Assembly (NCBI GenBank): GCA_945787445.1
Contig: CALZHT010000001.1
Location: forward strand, 22,460-86,459
DNA: 64,000 nt
Direction: 5' to 3'
DNA from: an uncultured Desulfobulbaceae bacterium
GTDB taxonomy: Bacteria > Desulfobacterota > Desulfobulbia > Desulfobulbales > CALZHT01
Position numbers and translations under genes: made by a program
The notes under the pieces: model-generated
Seen by the model: the letters and a program-made list of their open reading frames with translations, nothing else
The model's database searches: none
Told to the model about the DNA's origin: nothing
Shown: positions 10,354 to 21,009 of the stretch, one piece after another
Layout of the letters: every line of letters begins with the position of its first letter
Numbering within the stretch: the first letter of the stretch is position 1

Positions 10354-11652
10354 TCAGGACAATTTTTTGAATGACGATTCATTTTTTTCCAGGGCAAAAT
10401 TAAGGTCGTCCGAACTATGAGCCGCCGAGATAAAAGCGGCTTCAAACTGTGAGGGCGCCAGATATACCCCCTGTGCCAGCATCTCTCTATAATAGGCGCC
10501 GTATTTTTCAGCGTCAGCCTTCATGGCAGAATCATAGTCTGTCACTGCCTCGGCGGTGAAAAAGCCGGTCATGGCTGAACCAACTCTATTTAAGGTTATA
10601 TCCATGGAGTATTTCTGCGCCAGCGCCTTTAATTCCTCGGCATAGGAGGCCGATTTTTCCTCCAATTTTTTATAGAAATCCTTCTCTTTCAACACATTAA
10701 GCGTTGCAACTCCAGCAGCCATAGCCAGAGGATTACCTGACAATGTACCTGCTTGATACACCGGGCCAACCGGAGAAATCAATTGCATGATTTCTTTTTT
10801 GCCGCCATAGGCTCCCACCGGCAGCCCACCACCGATAATTTTACCAAGACATGTCAGATCGGGCATGATGCCGAATCTTTCCTGGGCCCCGCCATAGCTG
10901 AGACGAAAACCGGTAATTACTTCATCAAAAATAAGGATTATATTATTTTGTGAAGTGAGATCCCGGAGTTTTTGTAGAAACTCTTTGGCAGGTGGTACAA
11001 TTCCCATATTACCGGCTACCGGCTCAATAATGACACAGGCAATGTCCTGCTCTTCGCCCAATGTTTTTTCTAGAATGTCCGTATTATTATAAGGAATAGA
11101 AATGGTATTTCTTACTATGTCTTCAGGGACTCCCGGGCTTCCCGGTATTCCCAGAGTTATTACGCCTGAGCCTGCTTTTACAAGAAAGGAATCGGCATGG
11201 CCATGGTAGCAACCATCGAATTTAACGACTTTTTTCTTGTCTGTGTATCCTCGCGCCAACCGTATAGCGCTCATTGTTGCTTCAGTTCCTGAATTTACGA
11301 AACGCACGCTTTCTATTGACGGCACTGCATCGATAACAAGCTCGGCAAGTTCTATCTCAAGCGGAGTGGGTGCACCATAACTTGTACCATTGGCAAGAGC
11401 TTTGGCCACCGCCTCTTCAACTGCCGGATGATTATGACCAAGAATCATCGGGCCCCAAGAGCAGACAAAATCAACATATTCATTGCCGTCAACATCATAA
11501 ATTTTTGATCCAGCGGCTTTTTGGATAAAAACCGGATCACAGCCCACTGATTTACACGCTCGCACAGGGCTATTTACTCCCCCCGGTATAAGTTCTTTCG
11601 CTCTTGAAAACAATTTATCTGAGATATCTCTTTTCATAATATTATCTCCCAT
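10354..11652 (-). CDS. hemL: Glutamate-1-semialdehyde 2,1-aminomutase
   Basis: [55 protein letters not shown]. Confidence 0.96.
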   Translation of the reverse strand: MGDNIMKRDISDKLFSRAKELIPGGVNSPVRACKSVGCDPVFIQKAAGSKIYDVDGNEYVDFVCSWGPMILGHNHPAVEEAVAKALANGTSYGAPTPLEIELAELVIDAVPSIESVRFVNSGTEATMSAIRLARGYTDKKKVVKFDGCYHGHADSFLVKAGSGVITLGIPGSPGVPEDIVRNTISIPYNNTDILEKTLGEEQDIACVIIEPVAGNMGIVPPAKEFLQKLRDLTSQNNIILIFDEVITGFRLSYGGAQERFGIMPDLTCLGKIIGGGLPVGAYGGKKEIMQLISPVGPVYQAGTLSGNPLAMAAGVATLNVLKEKDFYKKLEEKSASYAEELKALAQKYSMDITLNRVGSAMTGFFTAEAVTDYDSAMKADAEKYGAYYREMLAQGVYLAPSQFEAAFISAAHSSDDLNFALEKNESSFKKLS

Positions 11653-11655
11653 GGT

Positions 11656-12366
11656 TCATTTTGCCGTTTCATATTCGTAATCTATCAATTCGTTGAAATA
11701 GTATATTGAAATAAAATCATCAGATAAGGTAACCGTCCCTCTGCTGCTTGATTTTGCTATAAATATTAAGTGTTTCATCCCATATTCTTTTGCCGACTGT
11801 AAAACTTTTTCAGTATCATCTGCAAGCAATGTTCTCTCAGGGTCGAAGCGTATTTTGACCTGCAGTTTTTTCCAAAACAAAGGATCTTCTTTTGCCATTC
11901 CTATATCGGCTGACAATACTATCCCATCAAAAAAAGGGCCAAGATCGGTTTTTTTCATTTTTATGTCTAATGTCTTTCCATGAGCATTTGAAACCAAGTA
12001 GATTTTTTTTGCATTTTCTTTACAAAAAGTCAAAAAATCAATGACATATGGATGAACTTTGATGAGATGATCTATTTTTATCTTTAAAATCGGGATATCG
12101 AGACCCAATTCATTAGACCAATAGTCAAGATCTGTCCATGCCAACTTACCTTCCTGTCTTTTGTATTTGGCGAGTAATATATCTTTTGCCTCAGCAACGG
12201 TAATTTTGTTTTTCAGGGAATAATGTTCCGGTACATACTGCTCCCAGAAATAATCATCAAAGTGTTTGTCCAGCAGGGTACCATCCATGTCTAACAGGAC
12301 AGTCTCAATTTGTTGCCAATTGACCGGTTTGTTGTTTGTTTTTTGTATACCTGTTGATACTGACAT
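11656..12366 (-). CDS. HAD-superfamily hydrolase, YrfG-like nucleotidase
   Basis: DMDGTLLDKHFDDYFW motif I, K..P.FW, ADD motif IV. Confidence 0.8.
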   Translation of the reverse strand: MSVSTGIQKTNNKPVNWQQIETVLLDMDGTLLDKHFDDYFWEQYVPEHYSLKNKITVAEAKDILLAKYKRQEGKLAWTDLDYWSNELGLDIPILKIKIDHLIKVHPYVIDFLTFCKENAKKIYLVSNAHGKTLDIKMKKTDLGPFFDGIVLSADIGMAKEDPLFWKKLQVKIRFDPERTLLADDTEKVLQSAKEYGMKHLIFIAKSSSRGTVTLSDDFISIYYFNELIDYEYETAK

Positions 12367-12554
12367 ATTCTTCTTTCTTTGTAAAAATTCTACCCAAAAT
12401 TGCGAACTGCAACAATTTAGTGTTAAACGCGACTTCGTCGCTATAAAGTTTCAACTCAACCTGCGCCTGCTGTAGCAAGCTGATTTAACAAGACAAACAT
12501 CAACATCGACTAAATTTTTGTTATTATTAGGCGCAGAACGCTCAAAAATTACGG

Positions 12555-13322
12555 CTACTCTGCTGGCAGCAAACACTTTTCAAGTGATAAACTGCAATGC
12601 TCGGCAAATGGTTTCCCGGCTATTTCCTCCTGAAACAGGCGGGTTATTATTTGTCGTACTCTTCCTAATTCTTCTTGAGGAATTAAAAATCCCCCTATTT
12701 TCTCATTTTTCAGGAGTCGATCATTTGCAAATCGCACGGCCGTTGCCTTGGCTTTATTTTTTTGCTGTTCCACAATTTTGTCTTCATTTGACATCACGAA
12801 AATAACGTCATTCAAGGTTCCCCAATACTCCCCCGCATCGATGTGCTCTATGAGCTGCATCCAGACCGTATTCAAGGTAAGAAATAGAGGCGGAATCTCA
12901 GCGCTGCCAAATTCTACGCAATTCTTCAGGGAGATAAAACTTCTACACCCAAAAGGCCTCACCGGATAGATACTGCATGAATCTTCTTTTAAAAAAATGC
13001 ATGGCTTGAAATTCCAGGTCTCTTTTGCCTCATTTTCAGGTAAATTTTGATTGAGGTAATAGGTGGCGAACTGATTGGTTGTCATCAAAGGCTTTACAGG
13101 TTCATTTTCGATAATTACCAACTTTTGCTCACGGTATTTTTTACATAACCTCTTGTTATTATAAATAAAATTTAAAATTTCCCTGCTTTCAACACTGGTA
13201 ATTGTCACGCTTTGCGTGCAGCAATAAGCGCACCCTTTTTCGCATACTATTGAAGAGCTTTTGCACCATGTTGCATGTTTGTATAAGGCCATTAAAAGTT
13301 GCTTTCGGATTTTTTGTCGCAT
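12555..13322 (-). CDS. YkgJ-family (CxxCxxCC) putative Zn/Fe-chelating protein
   Basis: CEKGCAYCC and CIFL...CSIYPVRPFGCR motifs. Confidence 0.8.
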   Translation of the reverse strand: MRQKIRKQLLMALYKHATWCKSSSIVCEKGCAYCCTQSVTITSVESREILNFIYNNKRLCKKYREQKLVIIENEPVKPLMTTNQFATYYLNQNLPENEAKETWNFKPCIFLKEDSCSIYPVRPFGCRSFISLKNCVEFGSAEIPPLFLTLNTVWMQLIEHIDAGEYWGTLNDVIFVMSNEDKIVEQQKNKAKATAVRFANDRLLKNEKIGGFLIPQEELGRVRQIITRLFQEEIAGKPFAEHCSLSLEKCLLPAE

Positions 13323-13343
13323 GAATACATATGGTCAGAGGGC

Positions 13344-14267
13344 TCAAACTTTAAGAGACCCTATTATTTTTCTTACTGAATCAATTTCATGTTCCTGTAA
13401 ATAGTTTTTGATCCCAGTAATTATTTGTTCTGTTATTTGGGGATTTATGAAATTTGCCGTGCCGATTTGAATTGCTGAGGCTCCGGCTATCAAGAACTCA
13501 ATAGCATCAGCAGCAGATGATATTCCTCCAATCCCAATCACCGGCACGTTTACACATTGTGCTACTTGCCATACCATACGCAGTGCCACTGGCTTGATTG
13601 CCGGCCCGGAAAGTCCGCCAACCACATTCCTGAGCTTAGGCGTGCGGCTTTGTATGTCTATCGCCATGCCTAACAAAGTATTAATGAGCGAAATGGCATC
13701 GCACCCGGCTTCCTCAACAGCTTTGGCGATAAGCGCAATATCAGTGACATTGGGAGAGAGTTTTACAATTAACGGTAGAGAGGTCGCCTTTCTGACCTTC
13801 GCAGTTACTTCAGCCGCCATTTTATGGTCAGTGCCAAATGCCACCCCGCCCTTTTTAACATTCGGACATGAAATGTTTATTTCTATGGCACCAATCCCTT
13901 TGTGGTCGGAAAGCTTTTGTGCGAGTTCAGCATACTCTTCAACACAATCGCCCAAAATATTTACAATAACTTTTGTACGTGTTTCCAGCAGAAAAGGGAG
14001 TTTATCTGAAATAAATGTATCAAGACCAACATTTTCAAGGCCTATTGAATTGAGCATCCCACAAGGTGTTTCAACTATTCGTGGCGGAGGATTTCCCTTT
14101 CGGGGTTGTAAAGATATCCCTTTAACAATGATTGCTCCCAAACGATGCAAATTGACATATGGTGAAAATTCCTCGCCATACCCAAAAGTGCCAGAAGCTG
14201 TCATTACCGGGTTCTGTAAAGCAAGCCCGCCAATGGCAACCCGTAAATCAACAGTATCTATATCCAT
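13344..14267 (-). CDS. pyrD: Dihydroorotate dehydrogenase B, catalytic subunit
   Basis: NPVMTASGTFGYG, EINISCPN, VKLSPN, GGLSGPAIKP. Confidence 0.95.
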   Translation of the reverse strand: MDIDTVDLRVAIGGLALQNPVMTASGTFGYGEEFSPYVNLHRLGAIIVKGISLQPRKGNPPPRIVETPCGMLNSIGLENVGLDTFISDKLPFLLETRTKVIVNILGDCVEEYAELAQKLSDHKGIGAIEINISCPNVKKGGVAFGTDHKMAAEVTAKVRKATSLPLIVKLSPNVTDIALIAKAVEEAGCDAISLINTLLGMAIDIQSRTPKLRNVVGGLSGPAIKPVALRMVWQVAQCVNVPVIGIGGISSAADAIEFLIAGASAIQIGTANFINPQITEQIITGIKNYLQEHEIDSVRKIIGSLKV

Positions 14268-15046
14268 GCTAATTCTCGTGCATCAAAAACAGGACCATCC
14301 TTGCAGGTGTGTAAATATCCAATTTCTTCTGCAGCTGCCGGGATGGCACAACCAAGACAAGCTGCAACACCGCAGGCCATCATTGTTTCCATTGAAACCT
14401 GACATTCCCAGCCATATTCATCGCAGATCTTTGCAACGGCTTTTAGCATTGGATAAGGTCCACAGCTAAAAACAGTCCACCCTGCGTCTTGATCCCTAAT
14501 TTCACCCATCAATTCTGTAACCGGTCCCTTATGGCCCATGCTGCCATCATCAGTGGCCACCCCAAGTTCCACTCCCAATTTTTCAAAGTCCTGGGTGATT
14601 CCCAGCATCTCTTCACGAGATCGTGCCCCCATCAGAACTGTAACTTTCGAAGGATGTGGTGACCGCAACACCCTTTTCATCAAATGAAATAATGGCGCAA
14701 CCCCTATTCCTCCGCCAACAATGCAAATCTTGCTCCTATCAAAGGCAAACCCCCTGCCAAGAGGTCCTATGATATCAATGTGCTGCTCAGGTTTCATGCC
14801 CGCTAATAACTTGGTCCCTTTACCGATTACCTTATACAGCAACTGGAGGTTACCATTGTCGGTAACTTGATATATAGAAAAAGGACGCCGCAAAAGAGGA
14901 TCAAAACCATTAAATGCCTTGACCATAACGAATTGGCCAGGTCTGGCTGCTCTTGCAACCTCAGGAGACTCAAGGGTAATTTTATATATATCTTCAGTAA
15001 CCTTTTTATTTTGCAGAAGTATTGCTTTTTTTTGAAATTGAGGCAT
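14258..15046 (-). CDS. pyrK: Dihydroorotate dehydrogenase electron-transfer subunit
   Basis: RRPFS, GGGIGVAP, CGP and [2Fe-2S] motif MACGVAACLGC...CKDGPVF; overlaps pyrD start. Confidence 0.92.
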   Translation of the reverse strand: MPQFQKKAILLQNKKVTEDIYKITLESPEVARAARPGQFVMVKAFNGFDPLLRRPFSIYQVTDNGNLQLLYKVIGKGTKLLAGMKPEQHIDIIGPLGRGFAFDRSKICIVGGGIGVAPLFHLMKRVLRSPHPSKVTVLMGARSREEMLGITQDFEKLGVELGVATDDGSMGHKGPVTELMGEIRDQDAGWTVFSCGPYPMLKAVAKICDEYGWECQVSMETMMACGVAACLGCAIPAAAEEIGYLHTCKDGPVFDARELAWI

Positions 15047-15243
15047 TTGTATTTGTCTGAGCTATTGAATAGTTACGATAAATTACGATATCATTGAAAT
15101 ACCCAGCTGTGCCGCTGCAGCAGAATAGGAATCCTTGAAATGCATGATATTTTATACTCACCCGCTGCCGATTGTGGGCTACTCCCCAGTAAACGAGATC
15201 TTTGTCTGCTCCGATACATTATAGAAATGCTTCCCTGGCGTGT

Positions 15244-16140
15244 TCATCTTGTGATGAGCACATCTACAAGGCGCTCAAGGTCATCAATGGAATAATACTC
15301 TATTTCTACTTTGCCCCTTGCTCCCTGTTGAACTATTCTGCAATTTGTGCCAAGATATCGAACAAGGTCATGGGTTAATGCCTTGCAATATGACTCTGGA
15401 ATTTCTTCCGACTTTTTCCTCTTACCCCTCTTTTGCTGCTGAATCCCTGCCTTATTCTTTTTAATCTTTTTCACAAAAGCCTCTGTTTGTCTGACGGAAA
15501 AGCCCTGTGATATTATCTGATTGGTTAATTCCTTGAGATCATCTTCATCCTCAATACTAACCAGTACCCGCGCATGACCAAGGGTTAAATTGCCGCTTGC
15601 CAATTCATCTTTAACAAATTGGGGAAGATGTAAAATTCGTAAAAAGTTTGCGACTGTTGATCGATCTTTGCCGACTTTTTTGGCAATCTTCTCCTGGGTA
15701 AGCCCAAATTCCTTGAAAAGCCGGTGATAGGCTTCAGCTTCTTCAAGAGGATTTAAGTTTTGCCTCTGGATATTTTCAATTATCGCCAACTCCAGCCGGT
15801 CTACCCTTGAAACATCCTCTTTAAGAATTACCGGCACTTCATTAAGGCCAGCCAGCTGCGAAGCCCGCCACCTGCGCTCTCCCGCAATCAATTCAAAACG
15901 CTCATCATCCTCATCTGTTTTTCTTACAACCAAAGGCTGAAGTACCCCTTTCTCTTTAATGGAGTCGGCAAGTTGTTCCAAGCCATCTTCATTTATTACC
16001 TTTCGTGGCTGATAAGGATTCGGAGAGATGGCCTCTAAAGGACAGATAAAATATTTTGTCCCGGTAAGTGCGTCATTTCCTTCGGAGATCGGTAGCAAAG
16101 CCTTTAACCCTTTGCCCAAAGCCTTTGGCCTTTTCATCAC
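15244..16140 (-). CDS. parB: Chromosome partitioning protein ParB
   Basis: ALGKGLKAL, NPYQPRK, GERRWRA, IENIQRQNLNPLEEA, HTH GKDRSTVANFLR. Confidence 0.95.
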   Translation of the reverse strand: MMKRPKALGKGLKALLPISEGNDALTGTKYFICPLEAISPNPYQPRKVINEDGLEQLADSIKEKGVLQPLVVRKTDEDDERFELIAGERRWRASQLAGLNEVPVILKEDVSRVDRLELAIIENIQRQNLNPLEEAEAYHRLFKEFGLTQEKIAKKVGKDRSTVANFLRILHLPQFVKDELASGNLTLGHARVLVSIEDEDDLKELTNQIISQGFSVRQTEAFVKKIKKNKAGIQQQKRGKRKKSEEIPESYCKALTHDLVRYLGTNCRIVQQGARGKVEIEYYSIDDLERLVDVLITR

Positions 16141-16940
16141 GCTTCACCTTTCTTGTTCTTTTGCTTTTTTAAGAATTCTTTACCAAGCATGTCATAGCTT
16201 CTCGCACCGCTTGAGGATGGATCATATTGTTGTATTGGCTTACCGTAACTCGGACTTTCCGATAGCCTCACGTTTCTGGGTATCACTGTATCAAAAACGA
16301 GTTTAGTAAAATGGCTTTTGACTTCATTGGCAACATGGAAGGTGAGATTATTTCTTTTATCAAACATGGTCAAAAGGAGTCCTTCAATATAAAGCCCCTT
16401 GTTATACGTATTTTTCACCAAACGTATCGTCCGTATGAGTTGACTTAATCCCTCTAAAGCAAAATACTCACACTGAAGCGGAATAATAATTGAATCTGAA
16501 GCTGTTAAGGCATTTATTGTCAAAAGACCCAAAGAGGGGGGGCAATCCACAAGAACAAAATCATAGTTTTTTTTAACCTGCTGCAGAAGAGCAGCAAGAT
16601 ATTTTTCCCTTTTCTTTGCTGACATCAATTCGACCTCAACGCCAATCAAGTCTATATTTGTTGGGAGTACATGAAGGCTCTTAAAACCATCAACACTGCA
16701 AATAGCTTTTTGGGCATCAACCCCATCTACGTAACAGTGATACAAAAGATCTTTTTTCTTCTTTGCCACCATCCCCAATCCGCTCGATGCATTACCTTGG
16801 GGATCAGAATCAACAACAAGAACTTTTTTCCCCATCTTTGCCAGTGACGACGCCAGGTTTATCGCTGTTGTTGTTTTTCCAACCCCACCCTTCTGGTTTG
16901 CAAGCGACACGACCTTTGCTGTATTTTTTGATTTCGCCAT
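16137..16940 (-). CDS. parA: Chromosome partitioning ATPase ParA/Soj
   Basis: Deviant Walker A NQKGGVGKTTT, DPQGNAS, DCPPSLG, PRNVRLSESPSYG. Confidence 0.95.
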   Translation of the reverse strand: MAKSKNTAKVVSLANQKGGVGKTTTAINLASSLAKMGKKVLVVDSDPQGNASSGLGMVAKKKKDLLYHCYVDGVDAQKAICSVDGFKSLHVLPTNIDLIGVEVELMSAKKREKYLAALLQQVKKNYDFVLVDCPPSLGLLTINALTASDSIIIPLQCEYFALEGLSQLIRTIRLVKNTYNKGLYIEGLLLTMFDKRNNLTFHVANEVKSHFTKLVFDTVIPRNVRLSESPSYGKPIQQYDPSSSGARSYDMLGKEFLKKQKNKKGEA

Positions 16941-17200
16941 AACACAGAACCTCTACCTTTTTCTCATTTTTTATACCGAAACAAAGCAACGCCAGGCGCA
17001 ACCACAATCTTTTCCAACATGCCAAAACCCAAAGGCGCCCTAAAATACAAGGCTGGCCGCTCGCCCAAACCAACATCCGCCAACCATTTCACGAACAACC
17101 ACAAGAAGCAGAATTGTCTTTTTACCACAAGAACGCCAAACTTGCTTCCTTTTCAGCTTAGCAATTTACTGTTTTTTGTGGTAAAAACCTTCACACAGAA

Positions 17201-17216
17201 TGTTTCACGTGAAACA
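17201..17216. promoter_or_regulatory. parS centromere site
   Basis: Perfect consensus palindrome TGTTTCACGTGAAACA (extends to 17199-17218), 260 bp upstream of parA. Confidence 0.95.
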
Positions 17217-17337
17217 TTTACATTTTTTCCTATAATTTCAATTATTTATAGTTTATTGTCCATAGTATTGGATCAGTTTCAACGCCACTGAAATAAAAAA
17301 TTTACATTCTTAGAGTATTCTCAAGGAGCTTTCTTTG

Positions 17338-17904
17338 ATGGACATTATCACCATTACGGTTATTGCGGTTGCCCTGGCACTGGATGCTTTCACTGTTGCC
17401 CTTGTAACCGGAGTTGTTCTGCCTAATGTCGGTATTCGTCACACCTTCAGGCTTTCCTGGCATTTCGGTTTGTTTCAGGGGCTTATGAGTGTCGTAGGTT
17501 GGGCGACCGGTCTTACTGTTCGATCATTTATTGAAAATTTTGGCCATTGGGTCGCTTTTTTGTTATTAACATTAATAGGGATGAGAATGATTATTGAAGC
17601 ATTAAGCAAAAAATCCAAACCTACAAAAAGGGATCCTACCAGAGGCGGAACGCTCATAGCACTTTCTATCGCTACAAGTATTGATGCTCTTGCGGTTGGC
17701 CTCAGTTTTGCCCTGATCAACATAGATATTTGGCTTCCTGCCTTAATTATAGCTGTAGTTGCGGCAACCTTTACTGCTGTGGGCATTCATTTAGGTCATG
17801 CGATAAAGAATATCACCCGGCTCGGCAGATACATTGAAGTAACCGGGGGGCTTGTGTTAATACTTATTGGAACGAAGATATTGCTTGGTAAAATTGCGCT
17901 TTAA
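17338..17904 (+). CDS. mntP: Manganese efflux pump MntP
   Basis: ALALDAF and ATSIDALAVG repeated motifs, six TM segments; RBS AAGGAG. Confidence 0.88.
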   Translation: MDIITITVIAVALALDAFTVALVTGVVLPNVGIRHTFRLSWHFGLFQGLMSVVGWATGLTVRSFIENFGHWVAFLLLTLIGMRMIIEALSKKSKPTKRDPTRGGTLIALSIATSIDALAVGLSFALINIDIWLPALIIAVVAATFTAVGIHLGHAIKNITRLGRYIEVTGGLVLILIGTKILLGKIAL

Positions 17905-18072
17905 AGGAATTTGCCGGATAGGTAATTCTTTTGGCATTGACAGTAATCATTCTCCCCTGTTATTTTTATAAGTTTCATAAAAAAACCCTGCGTACACTTT
18001 TCTGCAAAGATTTGCTACTAAAAGCCGCTCAGTCAGGAGAAGGCTAATCGATTTTGGAGATTTATAAAGAAG

Positions 18073-19371
18073 ATGACAATCCGTGAAGATGCAATAAACA
18101 AAAAAACCACCTCTCTTTTCAACCAATGTGCGAAAAATGAGGGAATATCTCAAGAAAACCTTGTGAAAGGCGTTGCCGAAGGGACCATAGCCATTCCCAA
18201 AAACAAACATCATAAATTTGAAAACATAATGGCCATTGGCGCTGGGGTATCAACAAAAATAAATGCAAATATTGGCTCTTCTAAAGATTATCCTAATGCA
18301 GAACAAGAAGTGCAAAAACTTTGTGTGGCAATCAAGGCCGGTGCTGATACGGTAATGGATCTGAGCATGGGTGGTGATTTGAATGAAGTGCGCAGGGAAA
18401 TTCTTAAAAGCTGCCCGGTTCCTTTAGGCACGGTGCCAATTTATCAAGCAGTTGCTGAAACCGTTGAAAACGAAAAGAAACAAATCGGGGAGGTAACTGT
18501 TGATCATATTTTTAAAACCATTGAGACACAGGCGCTTGATGGCGTGGATTTTATGACGATCCACTGTGGGATAACCAAGGATACCTTGGAAAGAGTGCGG
18601 GCCCACGATCGTATTATGGGGGTAGTAAGCCGTGGAGGTTCCTTTACCATTGAGTGGATGAGCCATAACCACAAAGAAAATCCTTTATTTGAACATTTTG
18701 ACGATCTATTGAGCATACTTAAAGAACATGAGGTGACCTTAAGCTTGGGTGACGGTATTCGGCCCGGCTGTTTAGCAGATGCAACCGACAGGGGGCAGGT
18801 CCAGGAGCTTATTCATTTGGGAGAGCTTACCCAAAGAGCATGGGAAGCAGGTGTTCAGGTTATAATTGAAGGGCCTGGGCATATGCCGATGAATCAGATA
18901 GAATCTAATATCCTTCTGCAAAAAAGACTGTGTCATGGTGCGCCATTTTATGTGCTTGGTCCTCTGGTTACTGACATTGCTCCGGGATATGACCATATTA
19001 CCGGGGCTATTGGCGGTGCCATAGCCGCAGCTTCCGGAGCTGACTTCCTGTGCTATGTGACACCGGCTGAGCACCTTAAGCTGCCAAACCCGGAAGATGT
19101 TAGAGAAGGAGTAATAGCATCAAAGATAGCTGCCCATGCAGCTGACATTGTCAAAGGTCTTTCCGGAGCAATGGACAAAGATATTGCCATGGCCAAATGC
19201 CGAAATAATCTTGATTGGAAGGGGCAGATCGAATTGTCCCTGGATCCTGAAAAAGCAAGAAGATTCCGTGATGAAGGAGGCACATATAAGGGAGATGCAT
19301 GTAGTATGTGTGGTTCATATTGTGCGATAAAGGTCTATAAACGGGCAACTTCAAAACAAAAAGCAAAATAG
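18073..19371 (+). CDS. thiC: Phosphomethylpyrimidine synthase ThiC (short type; Bza paralog not excluded)
   Basis: [41 protein letters not shown]-terminal CSMCGSYC. Confidence 0.85.
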   Translation: MTIREDAINKKTTSLFNQCAKNEGISQENLVKGVAEGTIAIPKNKHHKFENIMAIGAGVSTKINANIGSSKDYPNAEQEVQKLCVAIKAGADTVMDLSMGGDLNEVRREILKSCPVPLGTVPIYQAVAETVENEKKQIGEVTVDHIFKTIETQALDGVDFMTIHCGITKDTLERVRAHDRIMGVVSRGGSFTIEWMSHNHKENPLFEHFDDLLSILKEHEVTLSLGDGIRPGCLADATDRGQVQELIHLGELTQRAWEAGVQVIIEGPGHMPMNQIESNILLQKRLCHGAPFYVLGPLVTDIAPGYDHITGAIGGAIAAASGADFLCYVTPAEHLKLPNPEDVREGVIASKIAAHAADIVKGLSGAMDKDIAMAKCRNNLDWKGQIELSLDPEKARRFRDEGGTYKGDACSMCGSYCAIKVYKRATSKQKAK

Positions 19372-19382
19372 GGGAACAGGGC

Positions 19383-19715
19383 ATGGCAGGATTTTTCCAA
19401 AAAATTGGCTTGTGGATCGACTCGACAAACCTTCCTCAGCAAATTAAAGAAGTTGATTACGTAGGATTGTTTACAAATCCTTGGTTTCTTCTGCCTTTCA
19501 TCGGATTTTTGATATATTTACTCTATAAACAATCATGGAATTCAGTAATCATGATTGGTGTAGGTATTGGCGTGTGGATATTCTCCGGCAGCTCTTTCAT
19601 GCAAAATTTAATTGTTGATGGGGAATTGCAGCTTGAAAAAATACTGCCAATTTTAGCTGTAGGAATAGTCGCCCTTGGCATCATTGTGTATCTCTTGTTT
19701 ATCAGATCTGAATAG
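19383..19715 (+). CDS. Hypothetical membrane protein (3 TM)
   Basis: 110-aa hydrophobic ORF 11 nt after thiC. Confidence 0.7.
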   Translation: MAGFFQKIGLWIDSTNLPQQIKEVDYVGLFTNPWFLLPFIGFLIYLLYKQSWNSVIMIGVGIGVWIFSGSSFMQNLIVDGELQLEKILPILAVGIVALGIIVYLLFIRSE

Positions 19716-19762
19716 CCATCTCAAAACATCCCTATATAATTCATCACATCTCACATCGCAGG

Positions 19763-20455
19763 GTGAAAACTAAACTTCTTGAAATTTATGACATTCTGCA
19801 CTGTTTTTTTGGTCCGCAAAAATGGTGGCCCGGAGATACTCCATTTGAGGTGATGCTTGGTGCGGTGTTGACCCAAAACACAAGCTGGACCAATGCAAGC
19901 AGGGCGATTGATAATTTAAGAGAAGACAAACTTTTGTCGTTTGGCGCTTTAGACTCTTTGCCCCTTGAACTCCTGGCCGCAAAGATACGGCCGTCAGGAT
20001 ATTACAATCAAAAAGCATTACGGATCAAAAGCCTTCTCAAGAGCATCAGAAACTTCGTCAACCGGAACGAACTCTGCCGGCACGGATCAATGGGAAGCAT
20101 TGATTATGGGGAAAATGACCTTCTCGATATCTACTTTAACAATGATTTAAGAATGTTGCGCGAGTTATTGCTGTCGGTCAAGGGGATCGGACCTGAAACA
20201 GCTGATAGTATTATCCTGTATGCAGCCAATAAACCGACGTTCGTTATTGATGCTTACACTCACAGAATTCTAGCCAGACACAGCGTTGTAGAGGAGGATG
20301 CAGATTACGACGAACTTCAGGCTTTATTTATGGATAGCCTGCCCTGTGATGTAGAACTTTTTAATGAATATCATGCGTTATTTGTCATGACTGGAAAAAA
20401 TTTTTGCAAAAAAACCACCCCATTATGCGACAAATGCCCATTAAGGGATATTTAG
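19763..20455 (+). CDS. Endonuclease III-related HhH-GPD DNA glycosylase
   Basis: WWPGDTPFEVMLGAVLTQNTSW, KGIGPETADSI, DAYTHR, C-terminal Cys cluster. Confidence 0.85.
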   Translation: MKTKLLEIYDILHCFFGPQKWWPGDTPFEVMLGAVLTQNTSWTNASRAIDNLREDKLLSFGALDSLPLELLAAKIRPSGYYNQKALRIKSLLKSIRNFVNRNELCRHGSMGSIDYGENDLLDIYFNNDLRMLRELLLSVKGIGPETADSIILYAANKPTFVIDAYTHRILARHSVVEEDADYDELQALFMDSLPCDVELFNEYHALFVMTGKNFCKKTTPLCDKCPLRDI

Positions 20456-20519
20456 ATCGATCTGGAAAGTAGAGGATAGTGCATATACTGAGATATAGTG
20501 GTCCCAATTCGGTAATTAT

Positions 20520-20897
20520 TCATTTTTCCAGATGTGTATTCTTGCAAAGAAATTTATCAAGCTGGTCAAGCTGATGACTGGATAACTCTCCAAATTTAAC
20601 ACCTCTACGCCGGATTAAGGTGGCTGAAAAGTCGGAAGACTCCGCTATAACAAGATCGAAAACGGTTTGATAAGGTAACCGTTCAATATAAAAGGAATGG
20701 TCGGTGCAAAAAAGATCCAGCTCCAATTGATCTTGTATATTTTCCCCATCCGCAAGATATATGAAGGAGAGGCCCTGTTTGCTGATATCTGCAAGTTGCC
20801 CGACTTTTGTGGAAATAACGATATAGGAGCCCTCTTGAGGACAATATCTGAGTACTTTTCTTCTCTCTTGCTTCGCAGAAATTAAGCCCATTATCAC
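20520..20897 (-). CDS. PilZ-like c-di-GMP-binding protein
   Basis: RxxxR (RRKVLR) and DxSxxG (DISKQG) motifs, GVKF near the C-terminus. Confidence 0.7.
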   Translation of the reverse strand: MIMGLISAKQERRKVLRYCPQEGSYIVISTKVGQLADISKQGLSFIYLADGENIQDQLELDLFCTDHSFYIERLPYQTVFDLVIAESSDFSATLIRRRGVKFGELSSHQLDQLDKFLCKNTHLEK

Positions 20898-21009
20898 CCC
20901 TCCCTTCCCCTGAGCAGAACATGCTGAATAGCTGCACTACTATTACATCATGCTCTCGCAAACTTGTCAAAACAAAAGTTAGGCTATTGTAAAAAACAGG
21001 CCCATGGAG

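Noticed and set aside
13594-14469. Long antisense ORFs (also 37743-38606, 60295-61185, 63210-63938, 49004-49585)
   Set aside because: They are shadows of well-supported genes on the opposite strand and have no recognisable motifs.
15100-15240. Minus-strand GGGGAGTAGCC (15177-15187) suggesting a yybP-ykoY riboswitch; the 3' part loosely resembles 6S RNA
   Set aside because: The downstream conserved riboswitch elements and a closing stem were not found, it precedes pyrK rather than mntP, and there is no end-to-end pairing as in 6S. An Rfam scan would settle it.
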